From NCBI GenBank assembly GCA_944350365.1, contig CALVOU010000004.1, positions 1 through 49,023 of the forward strand: DNA of 49,023 nucleotides. The letters run 5' to 3'. Made by a program: the position numbers and the translations under genes. Of this stretch, positions 10,152 through 20,386 are shown piece after piece (the stretch's first letter is position 1; each line of letters starts with the position of its first letter). The DNA is from an uncultured Bacilli bacterium (GTDB lineage: Bacteria > Bacillota_I > Bacilli_A > RF39 > UBA660). The notes under the pieces are model-generated. The model was not told where the DNA came from. It did not search any database and saw nothing but the letters and a program-made list of their open reading frames with translations.

Positions 10152-11960
10152 CTATTTTTTAGCATCAAATTTTTTTCGTTGTTCAGTATCTAAAATCTTT
10201 TTACGTAAACGGATATTTGATGGTGTGATTTCTACCAATTCATCACTGTTAATATAATCTAGTGCATATTCCAAAGTAATTGGTCTAGGTCTTTTTAATA
10301 CGACAGTCTTATCGGCACTAGCGGCACGCATATTGGTTAGTTGTTTACCTTTGACTACATTTACAGCAAGATCATTTTCTCGGTTGCATTCCCCAACGAT
10401 CATCCCTTCATAGACATCAACGGCTGGTTCGATAAACATAATACCGCGATCTTCTAATTGGCCAAGAGCATAAGCGGAACTCTTTCCTGTTTCTGTAGAA
10501 ACTAAGACGCCGAGTTTTCTTTCACCAATTTGAAGGGCTTGATATGGACGATATTCTTTAAAAGTATGGTTGATGATTCCATATCCTTTGGTTAGTGTCA
10601 TGAAATCAGTCATGAACCCAATTAAACCACGAGACGGAATGACATAATTTAATCTTACTTGATTTTCGAAGTTCGTCATATTATCCATGATAGCGCCACG
10701 TGAACCTAATTGCTCAATGATTGAGCCAACACAGTCTTCTGGTACTTCGATTTGTAAATCTTCATATGGCTCCATCTTAATTCCATCTTCTTCTTTTAAA
10801 ATTACTTCTGGTTTAGATACTTGAAGTTCGTATCCTTCACGACGCATATTTTCAATTAGAATTGAAAGATGTAGTTCACCTCGCCCTGACACTAGCCAAC
10901 TCTCTCCATCTGATGGCTCTACGCGTAAACTGACATCTCTTTGTAATTCTCTATTTAGTCGGTCTTCAATTTGACGAGCGGTTAAAAATTTCCCTTCTTT
11001 TCCTACAAATGGAGAAGTATTAGTACCGAATGTCATTTGTAAAGTCGGCTCATCGATTCTAAGTAATGGTAAAGGATAAACTTCTCCTTGATTACAGATT
11101 GTCTCGCCTACGGAAATATCACTTAGTCCACTAATAGCAATAATATCCCCGGCTTCAGCCTCTTCAATTTCTAATCGTTTCATACCAAGGAAACCAAATA
11201 ATTTTTGAACACGGAAAGTTTTGGTAGTACCATCTAGGCGACAACAATTTACCATCTGACCAACTTTGAGTTTTCCATTGTGGATACGACCAATTCCAAT
11301 TCTACCAACAAATTCATTATAATCTAACAAGGCCGGTTGAAACTGAAGTGGTTTATCAGGATCCCCTTGAGGTGCTGGTATTTCCTCGATGATTAGGTCA
11401 AGCAACTCATGGAAGCCTGGTGTTTGAGTCGTAATATCTTCATTCAAACTTGAAGTTCCATTTAAAGCACTGGCGTATACTACTTTAAAATCTAATTGAT
11501 CATCGTCGGCTCCAAGTTCAATAAATAGATCCAATACTTCATCGACTACTTTACTACATCTCGCACTAGGTTTATCTACCTTATTGATTACGACAATAGG
11601 TTTTGCTTTTGCTTCTAAGGCTTTTTTTAATACGAACCTAGTTTGTGGCATTGGCCCTTCATAAGCATCAACAACTAATAAAACACCATCAACCATATTC
11701 ATGATACGTTCTACTTCGCCACCAAAATCGGCATGACCTGGTGTATCGAGAATATTGATTCGGTAATCTTTATAATTGATTGCGGTAGTCTTCGCTAAAA
11801 TCGTAATACCACGTTCTTTTTCTAAGGCATTAGAATCCATTGTTACATTAGAGGTATCCTCATTTTCTCTAAACATTCCACTTGTTTTTAATATTTCATC
11901 AACTAGAGTGGTTTTTCCATGATCGACATGGGCAATAATTGCAACATTTCGTTTTTTCAT
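10152..11960 (-). CDS. typA: Translational GTPase TypA/BipA
   Basis: RNVAIIAHVDHGKTTLVD, EKERGITILAK, DTPGHADFGGEVER, GRGELHL, KQLTNMRA. Start reassigned to ATG 11960 because the longer ORF runs through the promoter. Confidence 0.98.
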   Translation of the reverse strand: MKKRNVAIIAHVDHGKTTLVDEILKTSGMFRENEDTSNVTMDSNALEKERGITILAKTTAINYKDYRINILDTPGHADFGGEVERIMNMVDGVLLVVDAYEGPMPQTRFVLKKALEAKAKPIVVINKVDKPSARCSKVVDEVLDLFIELGADDDQLDFKVVYASALNGTSSLNEDITTQTPGFHELLDLIIEEIPAPQGDPDKPLQFQPALLDYNEFVGRIGIGRIHNGKLKVGQMVNCCRLDGTTKTFRVQKLFGFLGMKRLEIEEAEAGDIIAISGLSDISVGETICNQGEVYPLPLLRIDEPTLQMTFGTNTSPFVGKEGKFLTARQIEDRLNRELQRDVSLRVEPSDGESWLVSGRGELHLSILIENMRREGYELQVSKPEVILKEEDGIKMEPYEDLQIEVPEDCVGSIIEQLGSRGAIMDNMTNFENQVRLNYVIPSRGLIGFMTDFMTLTKGYGIINHTFKEYRPYQALQIGERKLGVLVSTETGKSSAYALGQLEDRGIMFIEPAVDVYEGMIVGECNRENDLAVNVVKGKQLTNMRAASADKTVVLKRPRPITLEYALDYINSDELVEITPSNIRLRKKILDTEQRKKFDAKK

Positions 11961-11990
11961 AAATTCACTTCCTATATAAACATCTTGCTC

Positions 11991-12019
11991 ATTATAGCAC
12001 ATTTTTTCAGGAATTTCAA
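11991..12019 (-). promoter_or_regulatory. SigA promoter of typA
   Basis: TTGAAA-17 bp-TATAAT with extended TG (TGcTATAAT). Confidence 0.8.
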
Positions 12020-12039
12020 AATTTTTTTATCAAAAGAGC

Positions 12040-12067
12040 AAGAGAGTAGATTTTTGTCTACTCTCTT
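12040..12067 (-). terminator. Hairpin terminator after the rhodanese gene
   Basis: Perfect 11-bp stem AAGAGAGTAGA-tttttg-TCTACTCTCTT. Confidence 0.7.
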
Positions 12068-12374
12068 ATTCATCGCTAGATTCAGTTTTTTCTTGATAAT
12101 GCTCGAAACCTCCGATTAAATCTATAACTTGATAACCAAGTTCAGTTAGATAATTACACAATTTTCTACTTCTAGTACCACAATCACAATAGAAATAATA
12201 TTTTTCATCTTTGGTTAAATAGTTTTCAGGCATCATCATTAAATATGTATAAGGAATATTAATTGCTCCTTTTATATGACTTAATACATATTCATATTTA
12301 TCCCTAATATCAATTAAATTCTCATTCGTAGTAATGGTATCTATTTCTCCTATATCCATAGAATCATACATCAT
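12066..12374 (-). CDS. Rhodanese-like domain protein
   Basis: LIDIRDKYEY..SHIKGAINIP, active-site loop YCDCGTRS, DLIGGF. Confidence 0.92.
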   Translation of the reverse strand: MMYDSMDIGEIDTITTNENLIDIRDKYEYVLSHIKGAINIPYTYLMMMPENYLTKDEKYYFYCDCGTRSRKLCNYLTELGYQVIDLIGGFEHYQEKTESSDE

Positions 12375-12418
12375 ATCACCACTATATTATATGTGAAAGA
12401 AATCATATTGTGTAATTA

Positions 12419-15064
12419 CTAGTCATCAAAGAAATCATCAAAAAATTGGTCATCGGTAACATCGATTTCTTTTTCAGGAATTTTATCTTGATGAATAATC
12501 GGGTTTTCTTTTGAGCCCATATTTGAAGTTGCATTTGGTGATAGTGGTGGCTCTTTGAAGCTAGTTGTTGGTTCAATAATTGTCTCTGGGGTTGGCTGAT
12601 GTCCAAGATGTGGCTTTGGTGCTTCTTGGAATTGTTTAATGAAATCATCGACATCTTGAATATTGTTCTTAGGTGTTGTTGAAACGGCTCGTCTAGGATT
12701 CAACAAATCTTCAATTGACATTGTGTTTGTTTCTTGTTGCGGTGAAATGATTTCTTCTTGTTTTGATGGTAAATCAAATGTAGGTGGTTCTGGTAAATCC
12801 ATTTTAGTGGCTGTAGTTGCCGATGTGGTAATTGATGGTTCTACCGTTAATGAAGAGGATTGACTTCTTGGAATATTGTTTGTTGTCTCTTCTAAAGAGA
12901 CAGAGGCGCTTGTGACTTCTTGTGTCCCTGACACTTCATTCTTTTCTTCTTCAAGTGAATCGGTGGCAAGAGTAGTTGAAGCTGAAGTTGTAACCGATTC
13001 TGGTTGTTTTTCTTGTGTAGCGAGTTGTTCCTTTTGCCTTTTTTCTTCTGCTTCGATTTCCGCAATTTTGGCATCGATTTTCTTTACTAAATCATCGACA
13101 TTAAAGCCAGAATTTAAAGTCCTACTCTGTGCTTGAGCTGGATTAGACCTTGGTGCAAACGGATTCTGAGTGGTAGCACTTGTTCCACCGAAAACACCTG
13201 TTCCACTATTTGATGGAAACATTCCACTCGGAAATCCTCCGCCTGGTAACATTCCACTACCAGCAAATCCTCCCATGCCAGAAGCAATTCCTCCAGGCAT
13301 TCCACCTGGTAAACCACCTGCTGTTCCAACATTGTTCATTGCTTCCATCATCTTTTGGTTACGTTTATCTAAAACGAATTTTCGTAAATCGAAGACATGA
13401 ACCTCTTGTTTTTCACGATGCGGATAAGTCGCTTTAGGATATTTTTTACCAAATTCCATTTGATAATAAGGAACGAATTTGGTTTTAAATGGATTTTTAC
13501 GCATTCTCATGATGATTACTTCAAATTGTTTCATTCGTTGTAAGTCACTAATGGTAACTAAAGGAGTAGAGGCTGTCTTATCATCTTTCTTCGATTTAAC
13601 TTCACCACACATCTTAGAAATTTCCTCTAATGCTTTTAATTCAGTCGTAATCAAATAAATAATATTTCCACAGTTACCTTTAATAGTTTCTGCATTTTCT
13701 TTACCATATACTTGATCTAGTTGAGCAAAGTTTTGGATGATCATTGTAAAACGAATTTGACGAGAACGAGCTGCGGTGATCATTGTCGTAATATCTTTTA
13801 ATGGTGGCATATTCGCAAATTCATCTAGTAGGAAATTGGTTCTAACAGGAAGTTTTCCACCATTTTTTTGCGCAACACTAATTAGCGTTTCGTAACATTG
13901 TTTCAAAAGAATGGTAACTAGTGAATGGTAAGTTTTCTTTTCATCTTGAATAACAATAAATAATACGGTTGGTTTTTCTCCAATGGATTCTAGTTCGAAA
14001 TCGCTATGACTAAGCATTTCTGATAAATTTTCACGGGAAGCAAATAATTTAATTTTTTGCTTAAATACGGAAATGATTGAACCTTTGGTTTCATTTGGTG
14101 CCATGATAGTACCAGATGCATTAGTATAGGCAGGAGAGGCTGGATCTTTAGTGTTAAAGTACTCTTTAATGAAGGTTGACCCACCTATTTTTTCTTCTCC
14201 TACCGTAGTCATTAAACTGATACTGTTCAAATTAACATTGTCTTCGGTCGTATCTTCAAATAGACCTAAAGCAAGTCCAGAGAAATAGTCAGCTGAAGTC
14301 TTTTCCCAGAATGGATCGGCATTACCTGATTTTTCTTCATAAAGAATGTTTGCAGCTAGGTCGTCTAATAACTCAATCGCTTTATCTTGATTGCCACTAC
14401 GGTAAATTCTATATGGCAAGGAAAGAGGATTCCATGAGTTACCATCCTGTGGATCACGGAAGTTCAAAATCAAAACGTTATACCCTTTTTCTCTCAACAT
14501 GTTTGAAGTTTGTTCATAAATTTCACCTTTAGGGTCAGTAATGATCATGGATTCCCGTTTTTTGGCTAATACTTCAACCGTAGGAAAGATAACGGTTTGA
14601 GTTTTACCGCTACCAGTCGCACCGATAACTAAGTTATGATATTCACCATTGTCAACCCATACTTCATCTTTTTTGATAATTAATGGTACTCCCGCTACAT
14701 CAGAAGTTTCAGCCCGAGGATTTACTTTTGCTACGCCTTTATCTTCTTTAATTTCCTTTTCTTTTGCCCAGTGGCTGTAGCCTTTAGAAGCTTTTTCTGT
14801 ACCGAATCCAAATCCTTTTTCTCGTTCAAAAAAATATGAGGAAACAGACATAAAAATGCCAGCTAAAGCAAGAAGATAAAAAACGATTGTTCCTACAATA
14901 CGGCTAGGTGCAAAAGCAGGAAAGGGATTAAGTCCAAAAAAACGTCCGTTAATGGCAAGTTCGGGGAAATTTAATACTGCCAAACATACCACATATAAAA
15001 GAAATATCGCAAACAGGATGAATATTACCACATCCGATGCATCAGCTTTAAATTTTAATTTCAT
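12419..15064 (-). CDS. virD4: VirD4/TraG-like type IV coupling ATPase with a long disordered C-terminal tail
   Basis: Two N-terminal TMs; Walker A HNLVIGATGSGKT; ITDPKGEIY, SWNPL, DPFW; Walker B FLLDEFANMP; AARSRQI, IIQNFAQL..YG. Confidence 0.93.
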   Translation of the reverse strand: MKLKFKADASDVVIFILFAIFLLYVVCLAVLNFPELAINGRFFGLNPFPAFAPSRIVGTIVFYLLALAGIFMSVSSYFFEREKGFGFGTEKASKGYSHWAKEKEIKEDKGVAKVNPRAETSDVAGVPLIIKKDEVWVDNGEYHNLVIGATGSGKTQTVIFPTVEVLAKKRESMIITDPKGEIYEQTSNMLREKGYNVLILNFRDPQDGNSWNPLSLPYRIYRSGNQDKAIELLDDLAANILYEEKSGNADPFWEKTSADYFSGLALGLFEDTTEDNVNLNSISLMTTVGEEKIGGSTFIKEYFNTKDPASPAYTNASGTIMAPNETKGSIISVFKQKIKLFASRENLSEMLSHSDFELESIGEKPTVLFIVIQDEKKTYHSLVTILLKQCYETLISVAQKNGGKLPVRTNFLLDEFANMPPLKDITTMITAARSRQIRFTMIIQNFAQLDQVYGKENAETIKGNCGNIIYLITTELKALEEISKMCGEVKSKKDDKTASTPLVTISDLQRMKQFEVIIMRMRKNPFKTKFVPYYQMEFGKKYPKATYPHREKQEVHVFDLRKFVLDKRNQKMMEAMNNVGTAGGLPGGMPGGIASGMGGFAGSGMLPGGGFPSGMFPSNSGTGVFGGTSATTQNPFAPRSNPAQAQSRTLNSGFNVDDLVKKIDAKIAEIEAEEKRQKEQLATQEKQPESVTTSASTTLATDSLEEEKNEVSGTQEVTSASVSLEETTNNIPRSQSSSLTVEPSITTSATTATKMDLPEPPTFDLPSKQEEIISPQQETNTMSIEDLLNPRRAVSTTPKNNIQDVDDFIKQFQEAPKPHLGHQPTPETIIEPTTSFKEPPLSPNATSNMGSKENPIIHQDKIPEKEIDVTDDQFFDDFFDD

Positions 15065-15082
15065 ACTTTAACCCTCTTCCTA

Positions 15083-15838
15083 CTAAATTTTATTGGCTTC
15101 TGTACTTTTCTTTTTAATCACTAGACAAACTATTCCTATCACTAGGATAGCACTGCCAATTCCAAAGATCAATCCCCAATTCATCGTAAACACTGTATCT
15201 TCACTTAAGATAATCTGCATTGTTTTTTTGGTGGCATTATTTTTGTTGATCTCCCAAGTATATTTCCCATTACTTTCTTTATCTGCATTATGGGAAACTA
15301 CTTTATGATTCGTTTTTAAATTAACTGTAATTGATTCTAAATTAGGATATATATCAAAGCAATAGTTTTTGGCAGATGTGGAAATAATTAACTGTTCTTT
15401 TCCTGTTTCCTCTTCATTATTTCTTAAAACCGTAAAGTAATCATAACAAGTATTTACTCCAGCCATTTTGGAAAAACCAGAAGTATTTTCCCAGGTATAT
15501 TCTTCTTTGTAAGTGATACCTAATTCCTCTTTGGTTTTAAATTTTTCTAACCCCTCTCGACGGGTTGCTTCATCGGCTGCGATTGTTTTAGAATTCACAA
15601 ATTCTTCAAAGGTTAATTTAGTATAATCTATTTCATTATCTTCGATCATAATATTGTTATCTTCTGATTCACCAGCCGCATTGTCTACGACAATATCATC
15701 CCATTTATTCCTATCCAATTCTACTAGTTTCCCATTTACTTTAATTGTCTGATCATGAACTTCTATATCATAATTCACACTACACCCAGTTAAGAGAAAA
15801 ATCAATAATAAACAAATATATAGTTTTTTCTTTTCCAT
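15083..15838 (-). CDS. Lipoprotein with an additional C-terminal TM anchor (LppM/DUF3153-like architecture)
   Basis: Lipobox LLTG-C; VVSHNADK..GKYTWEI; C-terminal TM followed by KKK. Confidence 0.7.
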   Translation of the reverse strand: MEKKKLYICLLLIFLLTGCSVNYDIEVHDQTIKVNGKLVELDRNKWDDIVVDNAAGESEDNNIMIEDNEIDYTKLTFEEFVNSKTIAADEATRREGLEKFKTKEELGITYKEEYTWENTSGFSKMAGVNTCYDYFTVLRNNEEETGKEQLIISTSAKNYCFDIYPNLESITVNLKTNHKVVSHNADKESNGKYTWEINKNNATKKTMQIILSEDTVFTMNWGLIFGIGSAILVIGIVCLVIKKKSTEANKI

Positions 15839-15850
15839 CTTTTTCCTCCT

Positions 15851-18565
15851 CTAATATCCAGTAAATGAGAAATGCATATAGTCTTTTGAACTAGTCCAAC
15901 TTCCACCCCAACTCCAACCATATTTAGCAAAGGTAGTAACTACTACACTATTTTCCGCAATAGAGTATGGATCTTCACCGGGTTTCCAATATGAACCAAC
16001 TAAAATTTGGCCATTTTTAATTTGATAGTTCTGATCAGGGTTGATATCACAAGCTACACCGTAACTATGATGAGAAGTAACATCTCTATTTCCTGACATT
16101 CCACGCCAAGAATAGCAAGCAAAACTATTAATCGGGAATCCAGCATTAATGATTTCTTGCATAGCATTTTGTACATCATTAGCTACTTCTTTATGAACTT
16201 GAGTATTAAAGGTATGATAGACCCCATTCGCATCTGGAGCCGTTATGGAAATCGTTGTTAGGTAACGTTGCATTTCGGATTTTGACGTTGGTAATCCATC
16301 TGGGAACAAATATTTCAACTTTTCGTCTCGAGATGCATTGACAATACTAGGATCTAAACTACTTCCAGAGCCACCTAATACCGATATTTGTACTCCTTCT
16401 GAGTAAAAGGTAGATAGTATAGTTCTATAGTATGTACTCCCCGTATTTGCGCTTGATGCCGCCATATCAGCAGCCGCTATTTGACTCATTCCACGACCAT
16501 GTCCTCCTGCGGCACGGGATAAATATTTATCACTAATTGTAATCTCGTTGCTTTCACGATTTGGTAATTTTACATATGTACAAGTATTACTTCCTTGACA
16601 ATTCCATGAATCGTATTCAGAAGAAAATATTTCCCCATTATAAGTTAAAACTTCACCAGTAGTTGCCGTAGCTGCTTCTAGGGATTGTTCAGAATAATTA
16701 GGAGTAAAATTTTGGGCATTGGAACTGTTTTCGATAGTGCTTTCACAATAGTTGGTACGATTCAAAACATAAGTTCTAGCAGCGACAGCTAAAGCTTTTT
16801 TCGCTTCAATATTAAAGTCAGCATACCCCATCTCTGCTTCAACAACACCAGCTACATATTCTTCCAAATCATATGTCCCAGAATATTCTCCACCGGTTAT
16901 AGTAACACCATTTGGACAACTTCCACTAACGGTAGGACGATAAGAAAAATCACAATTACGACCTGACCCCATATCGTTATATAAAAGATAAATATCTGCT
17001 ATGATATCTTTTATTTTTTCGTATCTTTCTGTACCTTCTTGAGGGGCACCACTACCACTAGGAAGATATTCTGCATAGTAGTCCCCAATAAAAGAGTCCA
17101 TCAAATTCCAATAGTATACGTTATTATCCATATGATTCAAGTCACCGATGTCCACTTCAGCGAAGCTCGTATTACTTGTTAAAACTTTAGGGTCACACTC
17201 TACCTTTGGCGTATCGAGTTTATTTCCATCACTATCGTATTCTTGAATAGTAAATGCAGGTCGATATAAATAATAGGCAATATTTCTCTCCTCATTTGCC
17301 TTCTTAGTAAGCCACTGAAACAGCCCTCCATCTAAATCATTTTGAGCAATTTCCCTTACACTACCACTTACTCTAATTGGTACGCCTTCGATAGTGTTTC
17401 CAACTTTAGTTAACCAATTATCCAAAAAGCTAGCAAACCCAGTTCTATATTCTGCTTTTTTAATATCTTCCTCTTTGGTGATTAACTGGGTTACCTCCTC
17501 GCTTTCGGTTTCTGGGTTAGTACAATATTTAATTTCATCTCCAGTATAAGGATTAGTTGTTGTCCATTCTTTATCTAATAAGTATACTTTTCTTTTGATC
17601 TGCATATTCGCAAGTAATTCTACTTGTTTAGTCATTTTTCGATAATCATGACTGTAGGTTAACTCTGCTCCATCAGAATCTTCAGATACTATTCCTTCTT
17701 CAAGATATTCATCATTAAGCATATTTACCGTAAGTGTTGCAGTAATTAGATTAACATCAATACAGACATTATATTTTTGAAGTAGTTCATCTTGTACTTT
17801 TTTTAAAGTCTCATAGTACTCTAATTCCCATTGTTCATCATCTTTAAAGCCAACGAAGTTTTTCAAACTATCCCAAGCTCCAGAAAAGAAATTGATTACG
17901 GCTTGGGCTGGACTGATAATGACATTAAGTATTGCCATAAAAACGACTATAATTATTAGAAAACCACCTACTGAAGCTATAATTGGTATCAAAAATTTCC
18001 AATTCTTTTTTATAGCTCCACTTATTGCTGCACTTCCACTATTATTTCCTTCTATATCAGCACTATTAGCGCTAGAATTATCGCCATTTAGCCCAGAAAA
18101 TAATGAATTTGATTTCGAATTTGCTTGAGCATCAGCTCCATCTTCTAAACCTTCCCTCTTTAGTCCTTCTCTTTGCATTGAGGGATCTTTAGGTGCAGGA
18201 GTCGTTCCTCCACTAGCTCCTGATGCCATTCCTTCTTTCGTTCCGCCACTCATAACGTCCATACCCTTATTTGCAGCATCCAAAGCTCCTGATTTATCTG
18301 CTATCTGGGAAGCTCTTCGCATAGCCGGATTTTTATTAATTGCATTTCCCGCTTTTTTTTCTATTGCTTGTCCTAATTTTGTTTTGCTAGCCATGTCATA
18401 GGCCATTCCACCAGCTGACCCACCAAAGTAAGTAGCGGCAGCTTTACCCGCAGTATGAGCGGCTTTTTGCCCAGAATCAGGTTGTTGACTATTACTACTC
18501 GTTTCATTATTAGAATCATCATTCCTTCTGGCATGGTATTTTGTATTATTTTCGTCCTCACTCAT
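15851..18565 (-). CDS. Membrane-anchored peptidoglycan hydrolase, SpoIID/LytB domain + M15 peptidase (VirB1 analogue)
   Basis: TM near aa 190-220. SpoIID motifs LEEYVAGVVEAEM, EAKKALAVAARTY, GHGRGMSQ. M15 motifs SHHSYGVACDINP, WGGSW..KDYMHFS. Confidence 0.88.
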   Translation of the reverse strand: MSEDENNTKYHARRNDDSNNETSSNSQQPDSGQKAAHTAGKAAATYFGGSAGGMAYDMASKTKLGQAIEKKAGNAINKNPAMRRASQIADKSGALDAANKGMDVMSGGTKEGMASGASGGTTPAPKDPSMQREGLKREGLEDGADAQANSKSNSLFSGLNGDNSSANSADIEGNNSGSAAISGAIKKNWKFLIPIIASVGGFLIIIVVFMAILNVIISPAQAVINFFSGAWDSLKNFVGFKDDEQWELEYYETLKKVQDELLQKYNVCIDVNLITATLTVNMLNDEYLEEGIVSEDSDGAELTYSHDYRKMTKQVELLANMQIKRKVYLLDKEWTTTNPYTGDEIKYCTNPETESEEVTQLITKEEDIKKAEYRTGFASFLDNWLTKVGNTIEGVPIRVSGSVREIAQNDLDGGLFQWLTKKANEERNIAYYLYRPAFTIQEYDSDGNKLDTPKVECDPKVLTSNTSFAEVDIGDLNHMDNNVYYWNLMDSFIGDYYAEYLPSGSGAPQEGTERYEKIKDIIADIYLLYNDMGSGRNCDFSYRPTVSGSCPNGVTITGGEYSGTYDLEEYVAGVVEAEMGYADFNIEAKKALAVAARTYVLNRTNYCESTIENSSNAQNFTPNYSEQSLEAATATTGEVLTYNGEIFSSEYDSWNCQGSNTCTYVKLPNRESNEITISDKYLSRAAGGHGRGMSQIAAADMAASSANTGSTYYRTILSTFYSEGVQISVLGGSGSSLDPSIVNASRDEKLKYLFPDGLPTSKSEMQRYLTTISITAPDANGVYHTFNTQVHKEVANDVQNAMQEIINAGFPINSFACYSWRGMSGNRDVTSHHSYGVACDINPDQNYQIKNGQILVGSYWKPGEDPYSIAENSVVVTTFAKYGWSWGGSWTSSKDYMHFSFTGY

Positions 18566-18598
18566 ACTATTTTCACCACCTTACTCCAGTCCTTTTTT

Positions 18599-20386
18599 CT
18601 ATAAACCTCCACCTGAACCAAATGAATCTAATTCTTCTGGAGTTAAAATTACATTAATTTGCATTCTGCGGTTACCACATACAAATAATGCTTCACCTTG
18701 AGAAAATCTTTTAATACTTTCTTTTTCGTTATCATTCAAATCAATTAATCTGCCAAGATCTTCAGCCGCTTGCTTTTTTAGCCCCATGACAAGATAATAA
18801 GAGGCATTATCAAAAATAGCTTTTCCTTGAGTAATTACACTAGAATTAGCAAAATCGCTCGGTTGTTGAGTAATTACAATTGAACCGGTATTATACTTAC
18901 GAGCACGTCTTTGTACTTGTGCTAAAAAATCTGCTCCAAGAGAATTTTGATCAGATAATAATACATGCGCTTCATCCACCATTAACACTGTATTTACGTC
19001 TTTATTCAAACATAATCCCCAAGCATATTTTAAAATGTTGAAAAATAAAGCATTTCTAATATTATCCGCAGAATTCATTAACTCTTTAATATTAAATACG
19101 ATGAAATCCGTTTCGGATTGTACAGTAGTGTGTCCATCAAAATAATACTTTAATTCTTGAGTTAACGGACGTATTTTTAATTCTAATTTCTCCATAATCA
19201 TTCTCTCTTGGGTACGTTCTGTCATAGCTAATAATCTTCCTTTAATTGTTTCATACACATCAGAGAATGTTGGATAATCGCTTGGTCCATAGTTATAGAA
19301 ATCACTTGTAAAGTCAATTCCAAAACGTCGGTAAGTATCTTGCACGACTTCACTGAACATTGTCAAAACATCTTCTTCTATAGAAGGGTCATAATAACGC
19401 ATAAAACCTTTTAAAAACTGTAAAGTTCTCGTTAAGACAGTATATCCTAACCCCTCTTTAATTTCTTCCTCATCAGCATCGACAACAATTTGAAGAGGGT
19501 TTATCATTCCATACTCTCCACCCTTACCTAAGTCAATGCTTTCACCCCCAAAAGTCATTGTCATATCCAAAAGTTCATTTTCCGGATCGATCGCAACTAT
19601 TTGATATCCATTTCTAATATGACTACGTAACATTAATTTGGCAGCTGTCGACTTACCACTACCTGAAGTACCTAAGATGATTAAATTAGCATTGTTACGA
19701 TTATTTTCTTTTTTCATTTGATATAAAAACTGATTAAAAAGTATTACACCGCCTGAAAAGTCTACACCAAGTAAGGTAGAAAGGCCGGGATCTTTAATGC
19801 TATCAAAGATGAAAGGATACATTGCCGCTAAAGTAGGAGAAGGTATAGGTGTACCTATTCTTTTTTCTACATCTTGCGAAGGAAATATCGGAACTATTGA
19901 TTTTAAAACTTTCTCTTGTTCAAAACGTAAGGAAATTCCTCGCAGTTCCATTGCATCTAAATAGTTTTTTACATTAATTTTTCTAAGTTCTAGATCCTCT
20001 TTAGTATCAGCAGTAATCATAACATGTAATTGAAAATCGAAAATTTTAGATTGCGAACTAACAAGCATAGTAATAAATGATTCTAGGGATTCATAATCTT
20101 GTCGAATTCGTTCTTTTATTGTTTGATCCTTTTCTTCTTGGTATCTAACTTTTAAGTCCGCTATTTGCTTATTTAACATCTTTGACATAGCAGTAATAGG
20201 CATAGGAATATGTTTAGCCACAATCTTAATACCCGACATGCTAGTTAGAGAAGTTAGGTAACCTGGATAAATATACTTTGGATAAGTAACTACAGTCAAA
20301 ATAGTAGCATATTTATCACTGATAAAAAAATCACTTGGATTAAAATGAATTCCCTTAGGGGCTATTTCTGACTTAAAAATACTCAT
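18599..20386 (-). CDS. virB4: VirB4/TraE-like T4SS ATPase
   Basis: NNANLIILGTSGSGKS, VAIDPENE, INPL, Walker B LMVDEAH, RRARKY, ITQQPSDF, GEALF. Confidence 0.93.
   Translation of the reverse strand: MSIFKSEIAPKGIHFNPSDFFISDKYATILTVVTYPKYIYPGYLTSLTSMSGIKIVAKHIPMPITAMSKMLNKQIADLKVRYQEEKDQTIKERIRQDYESLESFITMLVSSQSKIFDFQLHVMITADTKEDLELRKINVKNYLDAMELRGISLRFEQEKVLKSIVPIFPSQDVEKRIGTPIPSPTLAAMYPFIFDSIKDPGLSTLLGVDFSGGVILFNQFLYQMKKENNRNNANLIILGTSGSGKSTAAKLMLRSHIRNGYQIVAIDPENELLDMTMTFGGESIDLGKGGEYGMINPLQIVVDADEEEIKEGLGYTVLTRTLQFLKGFMRYYDPSIEEDVLTMFSEVVQDTYRRFGIDFTSDFYNYGPSDYPTFSDVYETIKGRLLAMTERTQERMIMEKLELKIRPLTQELKYYFDGHTTVQSETDFIVFNIKELMNSADNIRNALFFNILKYAWGLCLNKDVNTVLMVDEAHVLLSDQNSLGADFLAQVQRRARKYNTGSIVITQQPSDFANSSVITQGKAIFDNASYYLVMGLKKQAAEDLGRLIDLNDNEKESIKRFSQGEALFVCGNRRMQINVILTPEELDSFGSGGGL

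Noticed and set aside
11961-12002. Longest-ORF N-terminal extensions for typA (also U32, ylmC, sigG and the pilin fusion)
   Set aside because: The extensions run through promoters or RBSs. Downstream ATGs have proper RBS spacing and match family N-termini.
12403-14532. Numerous short alternative-frame and antisense ORFs inside virD4 (also inside proS, 9115-10080, the hydrolase, tad genes and the U32 gene)
   Set aside because: Shadow ORFs of low-complexity or long coding regions, with no RBS or recognisable motifs.
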